The notes: a model not told the origin generated them from the sequence alone. DNA of 64,000 nucleotides from Tubulanus polymorphus (GCF_964204645.1 NC_134030.1:15810110-15874109), one strand, 5' to 3'. Positions 1 to 13,237 are shown, numbered from the stretch's first letter. A program made the numbers and translations.

Positions 1-1
1 G

Positions 2-1110
2 GCTTTCCTTCAGGGAAGTGAACTTTCACGAACAATTTATCGACGCCCTCTAGTTGAAGTTCAGACTGATGTTGTGTGGAAATTGAGGAAATGTGTTTAC
101 GGTTTGGTTGACGCTTCACTATCATGGTATAAAAAGGTTTGTGATGTTTTAAAAGAGACCGGGGCAACAATTTCCAAAGTAGATCCTGCAGTATTTTACT
201 GGAAGAATGATAATGGTGGCATTGATGGTATCCTGGCTAGCCATGTTGATGATTTTATATGGGGTGGATCAGACTTTACAGACTCAGTTATTTCCAAAGT
301 TCGGTTGTTATTCATGGTCGAAAGAGAAAAAACACAGGATTTTACATTTCTAGGTATTGACATGACTCAAGACAATGACAATATACACGTGACACAGAGA
401 AAGTATGCCGATAGTATGCAACAGGTAGAAATTGACAGGGATACACAGAGAGACAAAGATTCAGACCTCAATGACAATGAGCTCGAGGTGTTACAATCAA
501 AGCTAGGCCAACTCCTGTGGATAGCACGACAGACACGCCCAGATTTATTATCAGTGAGAAGAAAAGCAAAGATTCACCACCTAAAGGAAATAAATAGACT
601 TATAAGGAAGTGCAAAGACAAACATGTAGCTTTGAAATTTACACATCTCGGACCGACAGAATCCCTGAAACTTGTTGTGTTTTCCCATTCATCTCTCGGA
701 AACCTGTCTGATGGAGCCACACAAGGTGGACATATGATTACTCTTATGGGAGAAAATGGATTCTTCGTACCATTGGCATGAAGAAGTTGGAAGAAGCTCC
801 CTTGCAGGGGAAACCCTTGCCTTGATGGATGCTATAGACCACACCATGTTTGTTTCGGCACTGTATGCAGAATTAACTGGAAAAATTCCATCAATCCCAT
901 TGTTTGTGTTGTGGATAATCGATCTCTTTGTGATGCAGTAAAATCGACCAAACTAGTTTCTGAAAAACGGCTGAGACTTGAAATGAGTGGTCTGAAAGAA
1001 CTGATAATCAACAACAAAATAAACATTTTGTGGACCGGAACAAAACGACAGTTAGCAGATTGTCTGACCAAAAGAGGAGCATACCCTATGAAACTACTTG
1101 GAGCGCTAGA
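2..1110 (+). mobile_element. Decayed Ty1/copia LTR-retrotransposon pol fragment (RT + RNase H), frameshifted, 3' truncated
   Basis: Translation from nt 2 gives AFLQG..L.R.IY..P, then WKLRKCVYGLVDAS, SHVDDF and LGQLLW.ARQTRPDL (copia RT). SSLAGETLAL and DNRSL...EKRLRLE...QLADCLTK (copia RNase H) are split over three frames (ORFs 74-781, 756-941, 911-1240). No PPT or LTR is seen after ~1110. Confidence 0.93.
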
Positions 1111-2178
1111 TGTATCGGCCCCACTCCGCGCGGTTGCGCCGCCGCGCGGGATTTACGGGAAGCAGCAGAACACAAACATGGCCACTCTCTCAATTTTCAA
1201 TGATAGAAATCGTGTGCATTTCAATTATTTCGGCTGTTAGGGTTTTAAGGCACAATATAAGTTGATGATGTGATATGGCGATGTTAATTAATGATAATTC
1301 CGCAGTGAAGCTAGTCACGAAGGGTGCCGATTGAGTGTACAGCTGCCAAAAACACTGAAATGTGCGTAGTTGCATAACTATTTGCAGTGAATTGCAGACG
1401 AAACATGAAGCCTTAACGGCCGTTTTAAAAAAAATTATACCAATCGCAATTGTAAAATAAAAATGAGATAGAACCTAAGTTAAAATTCTGGCCATTTCTA
1501 AAATGTTATTACTAATTCTTAGTCAGTGCGGAACGTTTAGTTTTCCAACAATAATGAGGGGTGGTAGATAGTCATGCAATTCAAGTCATCATTTATTACA
1601 CGTTACTTCCGTGTTGTTGAAAATCTCGCGAGTCCTGGACCAAACCCCAATGAACAATGTGATCTGTGTGCTGGCCACAAATTCATACAGATCACACTAC
1701 ACTACCCATTACACACTCCAGTACCCACAGCTTTCATATATCCATCCAAATATTTAGTGTCCTTAAAACTTGCAACAATCATAGATGATGTCATTAGCTA
1801 CAACTTTCCAATTGATTGTGGTTACAAAATATGCATAGGTACGAATATAATATAGAAATGCTAAGATATTGCATTATTCAACGCCCCCTGGTGGCCATAT
1901 ACAAAATCCAATGACCTTGAAACTCACCACAATCATAGAACACGTTATGAGCTACAACTTTCTAAATGATTGTGGTAACAAAATACGCTTAGGTATCAAT
2001 ATAATGTGGAAAAACTTTTTCCCACTTACGAATGAGTACTGGTGACACCAAGATGGCTGCCAATTGCGTCATAATTGGCTGATGAAAAATACCTGTCTCA
2101 GTTATAAAACATCCCTTTCCAAAGAATACCCATCACAAATTGCAATGAGAAATGGTAAACCAGTAGGAAGCTACAGGA

Positions 2179-4119
2179 TGGATTACAGCAGGGATCAAAA
2201 CGTCTATCAAAATTAAGGATAAATTATATAGAAAATATATAGGTAAAAGAAGTATTGACAGCAAAGCCAAGTATTGTAAATATAGGAATTTCTTAAACTC
2301 TTTACTTAGAAAAAGTAAAGAACGTTATTACAAAGAAAAATTTTTATCGTGTCAATATGATCCTAAGGAAACTTGGAAAATAATCAATTCATTACTTAAT
2401 AAGACCAAAAATAAGAAGTGTAATTCCGAGTTTTTACACAACAACAGGGTTATTACTGATGAACTAGAAATTGCAAACCAGTTCAATGATTATTTTGTAA
2501 ATATTGCTTCATCTCTTGAGTCTAAAATTCCAAATTCCACTCACGATTTTAAACAATATCTTGGCGATAAAAACGACGAAAACTTTTTTCTCTCACCTAC
2601 ATACCCCTCAGAAGTGGAGGAAATTGTATCTAACTTACAAAGTAAACCATCGTGTGGATGTGACAATATCAGCAATAAATTACTCAAATCTATTATTTCC
2701 GCTATTTCAAGTCCCTTAACTCATATCTTTAATTGTAGCTTTGTCACAGGTATAGTTCCCAATATTTTCAAAATCGCTTACATAACCCCTATTTACAAAA
2801 TGGGTGATAAGTTTTCTTTTAGTAACTATCGCCCTATTTCTGTTCTACCTTCAATTTCAAAGGTGTTGGAAAAACTTGTTTACAATCGGTTGATAAAATT
2901 TCTTGACAAATATAAAATCTTAAATGACCGGCAGTTTGGTTTTAGAAAAAAGTACTCAACTTCCTCTGCATTAACGTACATTACTGATAAAATAGCAAAC
3001 TCTCTAGATAATGGTTTAATAACCGCTGGTGTTTTCATAGACTTATCAAAAGCATTTGACACAATTAATCACAAAATCCTAAATTCAAAATTAGAACATT
3101 ACGGTATACGTGGCATACCATATCTCTGGTTCCAAAATTATCTAACTAATAGAAAACAAGCAGTGAAGTTCAATAACTGTTTATCCTCAACTCTCGACAT
3201 TAATTCTGGTGTCCCTCAAGGCTCTATCCTAGGGCCGCTATTATTTTTGATTTATATCAACGACTGCCCTTCCTCCTGTAAAGCATTAGAGTCAATTCTT
3301 TTTGCTGATGATAGCAACTTTTTCTACAGCCATCATGATCCAAAATTTGTCGAATACACCTTGAATTCAGAGTTGGCTAATCTCTTGCAATGGTTTCGGG
3401 CTAATAGATTGTCTGTAAATGTAGGAAAAACCCAGTATATCATTTTTGGTAATAAAGACCATATTAAACTCACCATTCGTCTGGATGACCAAATTATCAA
3501 ACGTGTTGATTCTACAAAGTTTCTAGGTGTTATATTTGATCACAATTTAACCTGGAAGGAGCATATATCTTTTACGTGTAAAAAAGTATCTCGTGGAATT
3601 GGTATAATCAATAGATTAAAGTACATTTTACCTTCAGATATTCTAAAAAATCTCTACTATTGTTTCGTTCACTCACACCTACATTATGCCAATCTTATTT
3701 GGGGAAATGCCTGTAAAATTTATTTGCAACCATTATACATCCTTCAGAAAAAAGCCCTTCGGATAATCACTCGTTCAGATTGGCTTGAACATACATCCCC
3801 GATTTTCAGGAAATTAGAAATTCTTAAACTGGATGACATTTACAGACATCAAATTGGATCGCTTGCCTTCTTAAGTATCAACCTTTTATTACCGACTATT
3901 TTCAAAGATTTTTTCATTCTCAGGAACACCCAAAATCTTCGTTCTAGTCGCAGGCCTATGGCCTTATCAATAGAATTTGCTAAATCTAAATACAAGTATA
4001 TATCTATGAAAATTCAAGGAGCGAAATTCTGGAATAGTTTACCAGAGAAATTAAAATATCTAGACTCGATATCCAACTTCAAAATTCAGCTTCAGCGTTA
4101 TCTTCGTTCCACTTATTAA
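2179..4119 (+). CDS. LINE ORF2 C-terminal part (reverse transcriptase), 646 codons open from the truncation point; endonuclease domain missing
   Basis: Frame is open from 2179 (WITAGIKTSIKIKDKLY, IANQFNDYFVNIA) into track ORF 2614-4119, which has YRPISVLPSISKVLEK, QFGFR, FIDLSKAFDTINH, GVPQGSILGPLLFLIYIND, FADD, KFLGVIFD and FWNSLP. Confidence 0.93.
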   Translation, partial: WITAGIKTSIKIKDKLYRKYIGKRSIDSKAKYCKYRNFLNSLLRKSKERYYKEKFLSCQYDPKETWKIINSLLNKTKNKKCNSEFLHNNRVITDELEIANQFNDYFVNIASSLESKIPNSTHDFKQYLGDKNDENFFLSPTYPSEVEEIVSNLQSKPSCGCDNISNKLLKSIISAISSPLTHIFNCSFVTGIVPNIFKIAYITPIYKMGDKFSFSNYRPISVLPSISKVLEKLVYNRLIKFLDKYKILNDRQFGFRKKYSTSSALTYITDKIANSLDNGLITAGVFIDLSKAFDTINHKILNSKLEHYGIRGIPYLWFQNYLTNRKQAVKFNNCLSSTLDINSGVPQGSILGPLLFLIYINDCPSSCKALESILFADDSNFFYSHHDPKFVEYTLNSELANLLQWFRANRLSVNVGKTQYIIFGNKDHIKLTIRLDDQIIKRVDSTKFLGVIFDHNLTWKEHISFTCKKVSRGIGIINRLKYILPSDILKNLYYCFVHSHLHYANLIWGNACKIYLQPLYILQKKALRIITRSDWLEHTSPIFRKLEILKLDDIYRHQIGSLAFLSINLLLPTIFKDFFILRNTQNLRSSRRPMALSIEFAKSKYKYISMKIQGAKFWNSLPEKLKYLDSISNFKIQLQRYLRSTY

Positions 4120-4405
4120 TTATCTGTGTAATCTTTTATAACGTGCCACATTACTTTATCTGCAATTGTCTATGTATATTATGTATATTTGGTTTGTTTG
4201 GTAAACTAGGAATGAATGTGAATTGGTGTATATGTCTGTGTGTATGTGAGAGTGTATGGACGAGGGATTAGGACTAGATTAAGCCAACTTTGGCTTCTCC
4301 TAATTCCTCGCATAATTTATTGGTACATTGTTTTCCATATATTGTGTATTCATTTGTAAACTCTGTAACAATCTTTTATGCAAATAAATCATATCATCAT
4401 CATCA
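2179..4405 (+). mobile_element. 5'-truncated non-LTR retrotransposon (CR1/L2 group) with 7-bp TSD
   Basis: TACAGGA is duplicated at 2172-2178 and 4406-4412 and single in uninterrupted host copies. AATAAA at 4383-4388 is followed by an (ATC)n tail; RT ORF inside. Confidence 0.95.
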
Positions 4406-6427
4406 TACAGGACTAATAATTCGGGCCAAAATTTACATTTTTGGGCACTAAAAAGGTCACAGGACGGCCATCTTGAGTCCGATCAACCCAATTTTTGTTC
4501 TGCTGATGGGCCCAGGGGGGATTCACATATATCCGAAAGATCAAGGTAATTGATCAAAGCGTCTTCAAAATATCCCTCAAAAAGTTCAAAAATGTGTAAA
4601 AAGTGCTAATTTTGGTGAACAACAATGGCTGCCAGTCGGGCATCTTGAATCTGACAGGGCCAGTTTTTGGGCTGAAGATGTTTCAAAGTTTATTTTTGTT
4701 TCATTTGTTTCCAAGTATAAATAGTTTCTTTTAATTTTGAATAAACTATATATTAATACACCCAACATACACAGGTTTTCCAACTGTATATCACAAATAG
4801 ATCGAATATCTACAAAAATTGACAATTTTATTCTAATTTTTATTCCTCCCTCCTATTTTTGTTCCAAAGAAAATATTTTTCAACAAAAGGTCTTTTGAAT
4901 GAAAAAAAAAAGATCTTTCTAGGGCTCCGTACTTACTTAAATCATTAGGAATTAATGAAATACCAGTTTCATTAATGATGAAAAAACTCAAATGAGAAGT
5001 CTGGTTCATAAAGCTATCTGCTCAGATGAAATTTTCAAAAAATCGTAATTTTTGCCAATAAATATTGTTGATAATTGTGATTGATCATTGCCAGTCAGAA
5101 CCAGTTAATCACTCATACATGCATTTTAATATCTGATTCCTCCTTTACAGTGAACTTAGCTTTAACCTAGTAGAGGCTACTAGTATAGCCTATGTAGGCC
5201 TATGTATATGCGTAGGCCTAACAACCGGACAGATTGGTCTTAGGCCTATTGAACTTCAACCCACCTAAACATCGTATTCCTACACCTTATTTAACAGGGA
5301 TAGGTCTCTGTCTTATTCAATTCGTAAAATCGATTTCATTTTCGGATTATGAAGAAAGAAATCGTATTTAGGCCTACTCCGCATCGCAGCAATGTTGCCG
5401 AATTTTTTATTGCACATTTTGCTTGAAGTTCAATCCACGAGTCTGTAAATAATCACAACAATTATACTATGCTTGCTTGAAACAATAAAGCTCAGCAGGC
5501 CTAGAGGTCGCGTACAACTCAATAAACACTTCAAGCGACCTAGAAACGATCTCCTATCCACCGCAGCATCCGAGACGCTCACTCCGAATATCAAGCTTGA
5601 GTCCTGCTTACGGATAAGAATGTGTAATATACAGGCATTTAGTAAATAACCCGTGCATTTGGTAAAGATCGGTATGTACAGTAGGAAAAATAGAATATTG
5701 ATAAATGGTTGAAACTCGCGACCAAATCACTGCCATTTATTGATACCTCGTCACCACAACAGCTTTTCTCCGCTGCATCAGTTCAGCATGTTTAGTTTAG
5801 GCCTATACAACTCGGTACTCCAATGATTTATCGTAGTAAATATTCGATAAAGAAACTAACTGTTTGAAGCCCGCGGCCAAATCACTGGCAGTAATAGATT
5901 TATTTGTACTTGCTTTGATTCTCATGGCGACGAGAACTCGCAGTAGATCCGCAGAACAACGATGTAAAGACACAAGTTGATTCATCAATCTTTACAGCTC
6001 GACAGTGCTTATAATATTTAGAGTAGTAAATTGTATCCTGTGGAATGGTAAAGTGTACTGATGAAGAAAATAGGTAATTGTTAGAATTTACTGTTGGAAG
6101 ACCGTGGCTGAATGTGACGTCTGGTAGCAATAAAATTGATTATTTACACTTGAATTGATAATCGAAGTGATGAGCAGCCTCCAGTTTATTTCGGGATGAC
6201 GACTCAGAAAAATATGTCGCCTCATTGAATGGGGCCCAATTTTCCATGTTTACGGCCCGACAGTGCTTTTGTAATGTTGATTCATGATAATACGCACGGA
6301 GTATTTGTAGAACGAAGTGAGCTGAAGGATATCATACGGATTCTATCGGCAACAGTGGCAAGGTAACAAAGCCTATGTTCTTTTGGTGAAAAAAGTGTGA
6401 CACAAAATAATAATAATAAGGAACATG

Positions 6428-6520
6428 CGAATCTCAATAGGGTTTTCTGTGAAGTAACAAAAAACCCTAATAATCACGCGAATCTCAATAGGGTTTTCTG
6501 TGAAGAAACAGAAAACCCTA
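6428..6520. repeat. Two tandem 51-bp units, each containing a 13-bp-stem hairpin
   Basis: TAGGGTTTTCTGT-6nt-ACAGAAAACCCTA is perfect at 6489-6520 and has one mismatch at 6438-6469. Confidence 0.85.
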
Positions 6521-9500
6521 CTAAACGATAGTTTCGAATGAATCTGTTCATCACACTGAAGCAGCGGTTGATTCTCCTTGTAGCTCTTTACTGGTAAAGC
6601 ACCTAAAACCATGCTATACAGATACCGCGCAAATCAGACCCCCTGACAGGCTATAGTAGCCCTTGCGTCATTACGCTGTGCGAGCGGGGTAGCTGGAGGG
6701 GGTGTCCCCCCTCATAGTTAAAATTTTAGATTTTTTCCATCCAAGAGAGTGGTTTTCCATGAAACTAGTGTATTTTTGAAGCTGCATTACCGGCTTTTTT
6801 TTCATCTAACATGTTACACCATGGGGCAGCCATCTTGATTCTCACGTTAGTCTCCTGAGTCAGCAAATGAGATGGTTCAAATCCCATCAACGTTGAATGA
6901 GAACACTAGGGGCTGACTCTATTATCGCGTCCGGATAATGCGGTGAATTCCGTGAAATAGAGTGTAAATGGAAGAATAGTGGAAAACGACTGTGGTAACA
7001 GCTAATGGACTGGTTGTCTGTCAAATTCTGAATCTAGACTGTTGGCCTGTCGAAACGCACGTGTATCTTCTTAATCGTACAGCCCCACGCTTTCACACCA
7101 CCTCGCTTATAGTGCCCTATTGATTTTTTGAATGTTAATGTTAGAACAACGCTTATGATAGCGACACCAAGTGAGCATCATCATTCTTTAGCCATCATCG
7201 CTAAGAATAACGATGCTGGAATAGCGAATTGGAAGAGCTCACCCTACCCCCCCCCTTTACAATTACATCAAATTTACATCGACCTCAGAGACTACAAAAT
7301 CGCGAGCAAAACAGCTGATTTCCGCTGTTCCGCGGAACTCTGGGATCCCTGCAGAGGTCACCAAGACGACACCCACATGATGGAGGCAGGATCGAAGGCA
7401 ATGATCGAATTCAATTATACATTACACAATATTGGTTCATCTGTAAGGTTTTTAAATACAAATTAGCATTGTCTGAAATTCATCATCATATTGGTACAAA
7501 CATTTCTTTGTCAAGATAACCCAGGGAGTATGGATGATCAATTTTTGTTCGAATATTTTCAAATAAATCTTTTTATTAATAGATTATCCTTTCTGAAGAT
7601 TAACGGCTTTGTTGATATTGGTGAGCTACACGTCTTACTAAAACAAGGGCGCTATCTAACAGCTCTGCAGTTAAGTAAAACTCCAAATATTGAAAATTAT
7701 GCTGTGCATCAAGATGGAATTTTCAGCACAGTAGAAGATGTTTATCATCTTTCACTATACTTTAGTTAGAGTAAATCAGATAACAACGATTAATATCATT
7801 TAGTTCTTAACTTTTGAAGTGTAGACTGGTTGCCTGTCCCATTCAATATGGGACAGGTTTTGCCCGTCCGCCATCTTCCGCGGATTTTACGGATCCAATC
7901 AGATTTCAGTATTTCATCACGTGAACAATGTAACATGGCCGCCTACACTGTGTCTCGATTTACGTTCCATGGACCTCTTTAAAGTCATTTTTTATACCGA
8001 TGAAGAAGGAAATACCATTAAAACTGCCAGGTAACGCTTCTTGTTTAGCGTGTGGTACCGAAAATATCGGTATTCAATTCAGGATGGCTGCGTGTCAGCG
8101 CCGTCAGAACCTACCGGTCGTCAATCAGCAATTTGGACTGGATCTTGGATGGAAACAACAATACATACAATAGTACTATACCACTACTGACATACTTGCA
8201 GCCTTGCAGCAGAGGCTACTTGTTAGTTCACTCAATGTGACATCGGACATCAGTTGATCCAGTAAAAATAATGACATCAACAAGGTAACTTCACCTACTT
8301 AATTACTTGTGAACATTATTGAATATGAGTGCTATTTCACAATCACTATATTGATTATCTATTGTAGATTATTGTGAGCATTTTAGTGATGATTTTGTGA
8401 GTCACAACTTGTAGGGCGTTTTAAGAAATTAAAGTAATGCATATCAAATTGGCCTAACATGAAAAGAATAGATTGCAATGCATCAAGGTAAGTTTGAAAA
8501 ATGGATTCTGAACCATTAATTGTAAAGTCAATCTAGGTTTAATTGTAAGTGTGATATGTATTTCAATTTCAGAATGATAACATCATGCAGTAATCAAAGA
8601 GAATAAAGAATCAGCACTAGTCATGAAATGAGATTCCAAATAACAGGCGGCGGTGAAACTCCTTGATTCTGATAAACTCATCATCATCATCAGTTACATC
8701 AGCAAGCGCTGCTGCGCTGAGATGTTGTGTGCTTTATTTCCCCACTGCTCACGATCTGATAAACTGATGAGGTTTAAAGAGCTGGATTCTGTGAATAACT
8801 GCACTAGCAAGCCTTCAATTTGAATTGTGATTGGATTATCTGTCTGGTCGAGACTTGGTCTTTATGATTCTAAAGACACAATCATTCAAATCAGGGATAT
8901 CAGGATCGTCCCAATTTGTCGATGAAAAAAAAAACTTCTGTTCTATGTCATGAAATACGTAGTGTCATTGCTTATTCTCTTGTCAATTGCTTATTCTCTT
9001 GTCAGGGGCTGAACAAGATTTTGTACCAGAAGTGAACAATAAATATTGAATTCAGTGAAAAAGAATTGGTCATGATGAATTTTATGATCAATTTCAAGCA
9101 AAGTCAACAATGACATTGTGTGGTCCATGAGGAGAGAGGATATTGCGAACTTCCAGTGTGATCTGAGTAACTTGTTTTGACCAAGTCTCTTAATTTGAAT
9201 GTCCCAACTTGCTGTCTGTATCAGGAAATCAGTAGGCTGAGGTGGATCCAACTATCTGATCTCACAAAGCACTACTAAGGAGTTCAACAATTGTAAAATT
9301 TATTCAGATACTAAATGGTCATTTTACAACACTGTGTTAAAACATTAATTCACTTAATACATCTCACGAACGGTAGATATAGAAAGGATGTCCCCTGTCC
9401 GTTCAGAATGTTCTGTATTCAGTGACGGTCGCAGCAGAGCTCACCTCGCATTAGATTTCGATCCTTGTTAGTTTGTATTCCAAGTACAAAGTAAATTATC

Positions 9501-10144
9501 AGCAGATTTATCTGATACTTAAGCAATTAATGTCTTTCTGTCCATTGTAAAGGGCAATTTTGATATCGCTCGAAGCTAAGCAGATTCGAAGAGACGCCAT
9601 CTTAACCAGGAAGTAACTTGCTACGTTACATGTTTGACCTTATTTGACATGCATCGAAAATGTAAAATGGAGGATGGGCACAACCGGTCTCTAATTGAAG
9701 ATCGGAAACTGTATCAGTCACATGATACACAAATCCTAGCTCATAACGTGCATGAGAAGTGCCAGTTTTATGTCCTTGCCTGGGCCTTATATCATTACCG
9801 AATAATCATTGTTAATCAAAATTTTCATAAAAAAATGTTTCTGGGCCTACCTCAATGAGCATGAATTACTCTTTTTAGAAAGGCCGACCACCACAGCAAT
9901 ATACGAGTGCGAAGCGACGTCAGGTAGGAAAATAATTATCATTTTACAGGATTCCATCAATTTCTTCTTTCAGAAATAAATTCATACTCCTTTCAACAAA
10001 CTTAAGAAAGTGCAACAAATTTCAGACTGACTGAGCAAGTAACAAAGCTACCTTGTGTCCGATAACAGAGAAAACTGGGAAAACAAACTGCGAATCGAAC
10101 AACTAACATAGCTACGCTACCCGACCATGCAAAGAGCTGATTTC

Positions 10145-10337
10145 AACAAACAACAATGGCTGCAAGTTGGCCATCTTGATTCTGATCAGGTTTTTTTGCT
10201 TAAGATATATCTAGGATAGATACATGCATAGGTAATCCATCGGAGCGTCTGCAAAATTTCCCAAGATAACTGGATAACATCTGTGGATAGACGGACGGAT
10301 GTGAAGGCTATAGCCTACTGGTAAACGGGGCTAAAAA
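10145..10337 (-). mobile_element. Diverged 5' end of the HINE-like element
   Basis: AACAATGGCTGC..GGCCATCTTGATTCTGA, GACGGACGGA microsatellite and GGGCTAAAAA terminus, as in full copies. Confidence 0.7.
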
Positions 10338-10360
10338 TAAGAAATAAGACGTATACTTAC

Positions 10361-10502
10361 ATTTAGTTGACCCCACTTAAAATGAACACTAGATTTCCCT
10401 CGCCGAGTTTCTGAGGCATCGATGACATCATCATGCATTAAACTGGCGACATGGATCATTTCAGCAATTTGTGCTATCTTCTTCTGATCAGATAATATCT
10501 CT
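10361..10502 (-). CDS. PDSS1: PDSS1-like decaprenyl/trans-prenyl diphosphate synthase, internal exon with first aspartate-rich motif
   Basis: TTTTTCAG acceptor and GTAAGT donor; 142 nt; translates [47 protein letters not shown] (EMIHxASLxHDDVID...RRGK is the FARM signature). Phase matches the 11803-11939 exon. Confidence 0.93.
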
Positions 10503-11594
10503 CTGAAAAAGAAGATTAATTTGTGTTAATCCTGAATACAAGTTATCACCTGTTCATATGATCAGCCCCTGAATGCAACATCTGTATTATAAGAAAGTTA
10601 GATTGTTTTGGATTGTTTTGGTCAATCATCTCAGCACTGGGCTATGGAAATTGTTGTTTCTTGGTATGGATCGAGAAGATAAGGCTGACTCATAAACGTT
10701 TCCCACAAGATTTTGGGAACACCTTGATTGAATTCTTACACTTGCTTCTACATCTAGATGTGCACGTAGCCTACATACGTGTTCAGGAAGACATGTAGTT
10801 ACGTTGCACGCGCACGACTACTAGCTGTATTGTTCTAGGAGCTACGGATGTTAATGGGGAACTGCAAAATCAGATAATTCTCAAGAACGAAGTACCCTTG
10901 CTGAGCTGCAAGCAGCTAGACCAATATCACACCCTCAGGTATGGGACACACTCATTGAGTCAGGGAAGTAGGGGTGGGTCCATGAGAGAGTAAGACATTT
11001 TTCAGCAGGCCTCTGGGAATAAGTGCCTGTGGGCCAAGGGGTTTACCATAGTCATATGAAACGGAAAGATGGGCTGATAGAATTAAGTTCAAAGTATATC
11101 AGAGTAGCAGAGAAAGGAAAGCCAACTTCAATCATGCATGAAGAGGCAGCATCATGTCTTTGCCACAGCCACAGCATGAATGTGGCCCTGTGGCCATCAA
11201 TTTTCGGGAAACCGAAGTTTCATGACGAAATGCAAGCGCAATGCGAATGTTGAATTTGCACTCATACAAATCGGCACCATTGCATAAAATAAAATAAGTT
11301 TTTAAATGGGAAGGAACAGATACATTTCTAGGCTGCATTCAGCGCGTCAAAATATAGGAGCTAACTGTGAACTCCTTTCCCAATAACCCATCCTTGCATG
11401 GCATTTTCATCTTCCAATCGGCTCTGTGTCTCCTAGTAAGATATCATGTGTCGGAAATAAGGATTGGCCCCATTGTCTTTCCTAGAACCTGAGTACAATA
11501 ATAGAATTTTCAATCAGCCTAAATGTATCCTTCATTGAAGTGAAGATTTAGTCCTGATTCATTACCAGCAGCTAAATTGATCAAATTATAGATT

Positions 11595-11797
11595 AACAAA
11601 GGACCGTGGGTCCAGTACGATCAACTGAGTACATTTTAGTTTTGAGCACAAAAATCAATTTGTTCGTGGATTTGCGATGACGTATTAACAGCTGATAAAG
11701 ATGAAATCATCAAAGACTGTGTAGAAAGCATGTTCAACTTTGAAGATATTCATGGTAATGGGTTTTCCCTTTGAGTCACAAGTACATGGTAGAACAA
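11595..11797. repeat. Dispersed repeat fragment (inverted copy at 57277-57484) ending in a GGACC-GTG-GGTCC hairpin
   Basis: About 200 bp reverse-complement match to 57277-57484. Confidence 0.8.
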
Positions 11798-11802
11798 CTT
11801 AC

Positions 11803-11939
11803 CCATCTGATTCAGTACTCTGATGAAGGTTTAGTGCTTTGGCTAATAACAAAATGATCATTGGACGAAATGCTTTTCCATTTCCATCAAAATGATAATG
11901 TGAAATCTCTTTCAATAAATCTACATTCGTTTTCAATTC
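11803..11939 (-). CDS. PDSS1: PDSS1-like internal exon
   Basis: TTTTGCAG acceptor and GTAAGT donor; 137 nt; ELKTNVDLLKEISHYHFDGNGKAFRPMIILLLAKALNLHQSTESDG contains the FDGxGKAFRP motif of PDSS1-type enzymes. Ends in phase 2, completed by the next exon. Confidence 0.92.
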
Positions 11940-12279
11940 CTGCAAAAGTTAAAAGGGCATATTTAGTGACAGGAGTGGACTAAAATGTGATCTGACTAAG
12001 AGACATGGGATAGCTTTCGGACAAGAGGATTGTAATATCTCAGACACATGTTTGAATTGAGTTTTGATCGCCATCAGATCATGAGAAAACACCTAGCCTA
12101 AACAACATTCTAGACATGATTATACTTTCATAGCCAATTATCTTGTAATTGCTGTGTACTTTAATTTAGCTTTGATAACTAAATGCCAGACTCGGTTCCT
12201 ATATAAATGATATCATCCTTTGTAAGATATTGATTGTGAAATTTCACTGATTGTGTTTAAAAAAAAAGATGTAAGTACG

Positions 12280-12366
12280 TTAAATGAAAAAATCCCACAC
12301 CTATACGATAGAATTTACTATTTTTAAACCACAATGTTTCGACTGTTGACTAACAGCCATCTTCAT
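12280..12366 (-). mobile_element. Degenerate Penelope-like 3' end with mutated hammerhead core
   Basis: Matches 26864-26963 (TAAATGAA.AAATCCCACAC...GTTTCG.CTGTTGACTAACAGCCATC). The core reads ATGAAGA instead of CTGATGA. Confidence 0.65.
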
Positions 12367-12506
12367 ATGTAAATAGGTGTTACACAATTAACTGATATAA
12401 TTCTTCATGTACCAAGAAGTGAAGAAATCATGGGACTCGAGCCAACATAAGTTGTAGCTCTGTCAATGAATTTTAAATAACGGAACTTAGGTTTGAGTAC
12501 TGTTAA

Positions 12507-12838
12507 CCCATTAGCACTCAAGCCGCCCGTATCTGCCCTGCCTATTATTCCTCAAGCCGCCCGCTTCCGCCCGACACTTTTTTGTATGCTGCACAAAAAC
12601 GGTTATGGTGGGATTCAAACCCAAAAGCTTATGATGAACTAAGGACACAAAAAAGGACACTCATCAAATCTCACATCATATGAAAGCCTTGACTATTTAT
12701 TACAAAATAACACCAACTTGTAATGCATGGAAATAAACAGGAAATGAGCTATTTGGTATTGTGATGAACTTAAATTTTCCCTTGAATTTTCTGAGGAGTA
12801 ATTGACACTACATAGTGAAATTCCTAAGCGCTGATGGG
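12507..12838. mobile_element. piggyBac-type MITE
   Basis: TTAA on both sides (12503-12506, 12839-12842); TIRs CCCATTAGCACT / AGCGCTGATGGG. Confidence 0.75.
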
Positions 12839-13237
12839 TTAACTTTTGAGAAAAATATCAATTTCTTCAGGTATTTGTGAATATGCAGCAATGTTTAAAA
12901 TCTTGGCACACAACACCATGACTGTATTAAGCAGGTCCAACTACCAGTGATGTCATCTTCGCAAAAAAAGGACGAGCACCAATTAGTAGAATGAGGCGAA
13001 ATTCATTTTCACGAATTTCCATATGATAGTTTGCTATTTTATTGCAATTGAAAAAAATTTCTTGCCTCAAACCCTCCCCGGATGGCTTCACACCAGAGGA
13101 GCTCACTTCCTCTTTGTTAAGAAATTAGGAAAGGTGCCTGTTGAATGAGGGTCTTTAAACTTAAATTTGGGTCTTTCAAATTCTGCCACAGTTTATCAAA
13201 CATACCTGTTTGATGTCAATACTTATCGTCAACATAC

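Larger units (their letters stand above)
1745..4681 (-). mobile_element. Partial copy of the ~1.27-kb Helentron-associated (HINE-like) element, interrupted by a LINE at 2179-4405
   Basis: 1745-2178 and 4406-4681 match, collinearly, the copy at 14045-15312. Confidence 0.9.

Noticed and set aside
8600-9251. Minus-strand stretch that looks like decayed coding sequence (ORF 8991-9251)
   Set aside because: No recognisable motif and multiple stops; cannot be assigned.
9444-9530. Candidate next PDSS1 exon ending NLMR|GTGA
   Set aside because: The upstream translation lacks the expected AVLxGD segment and a good acceptor.
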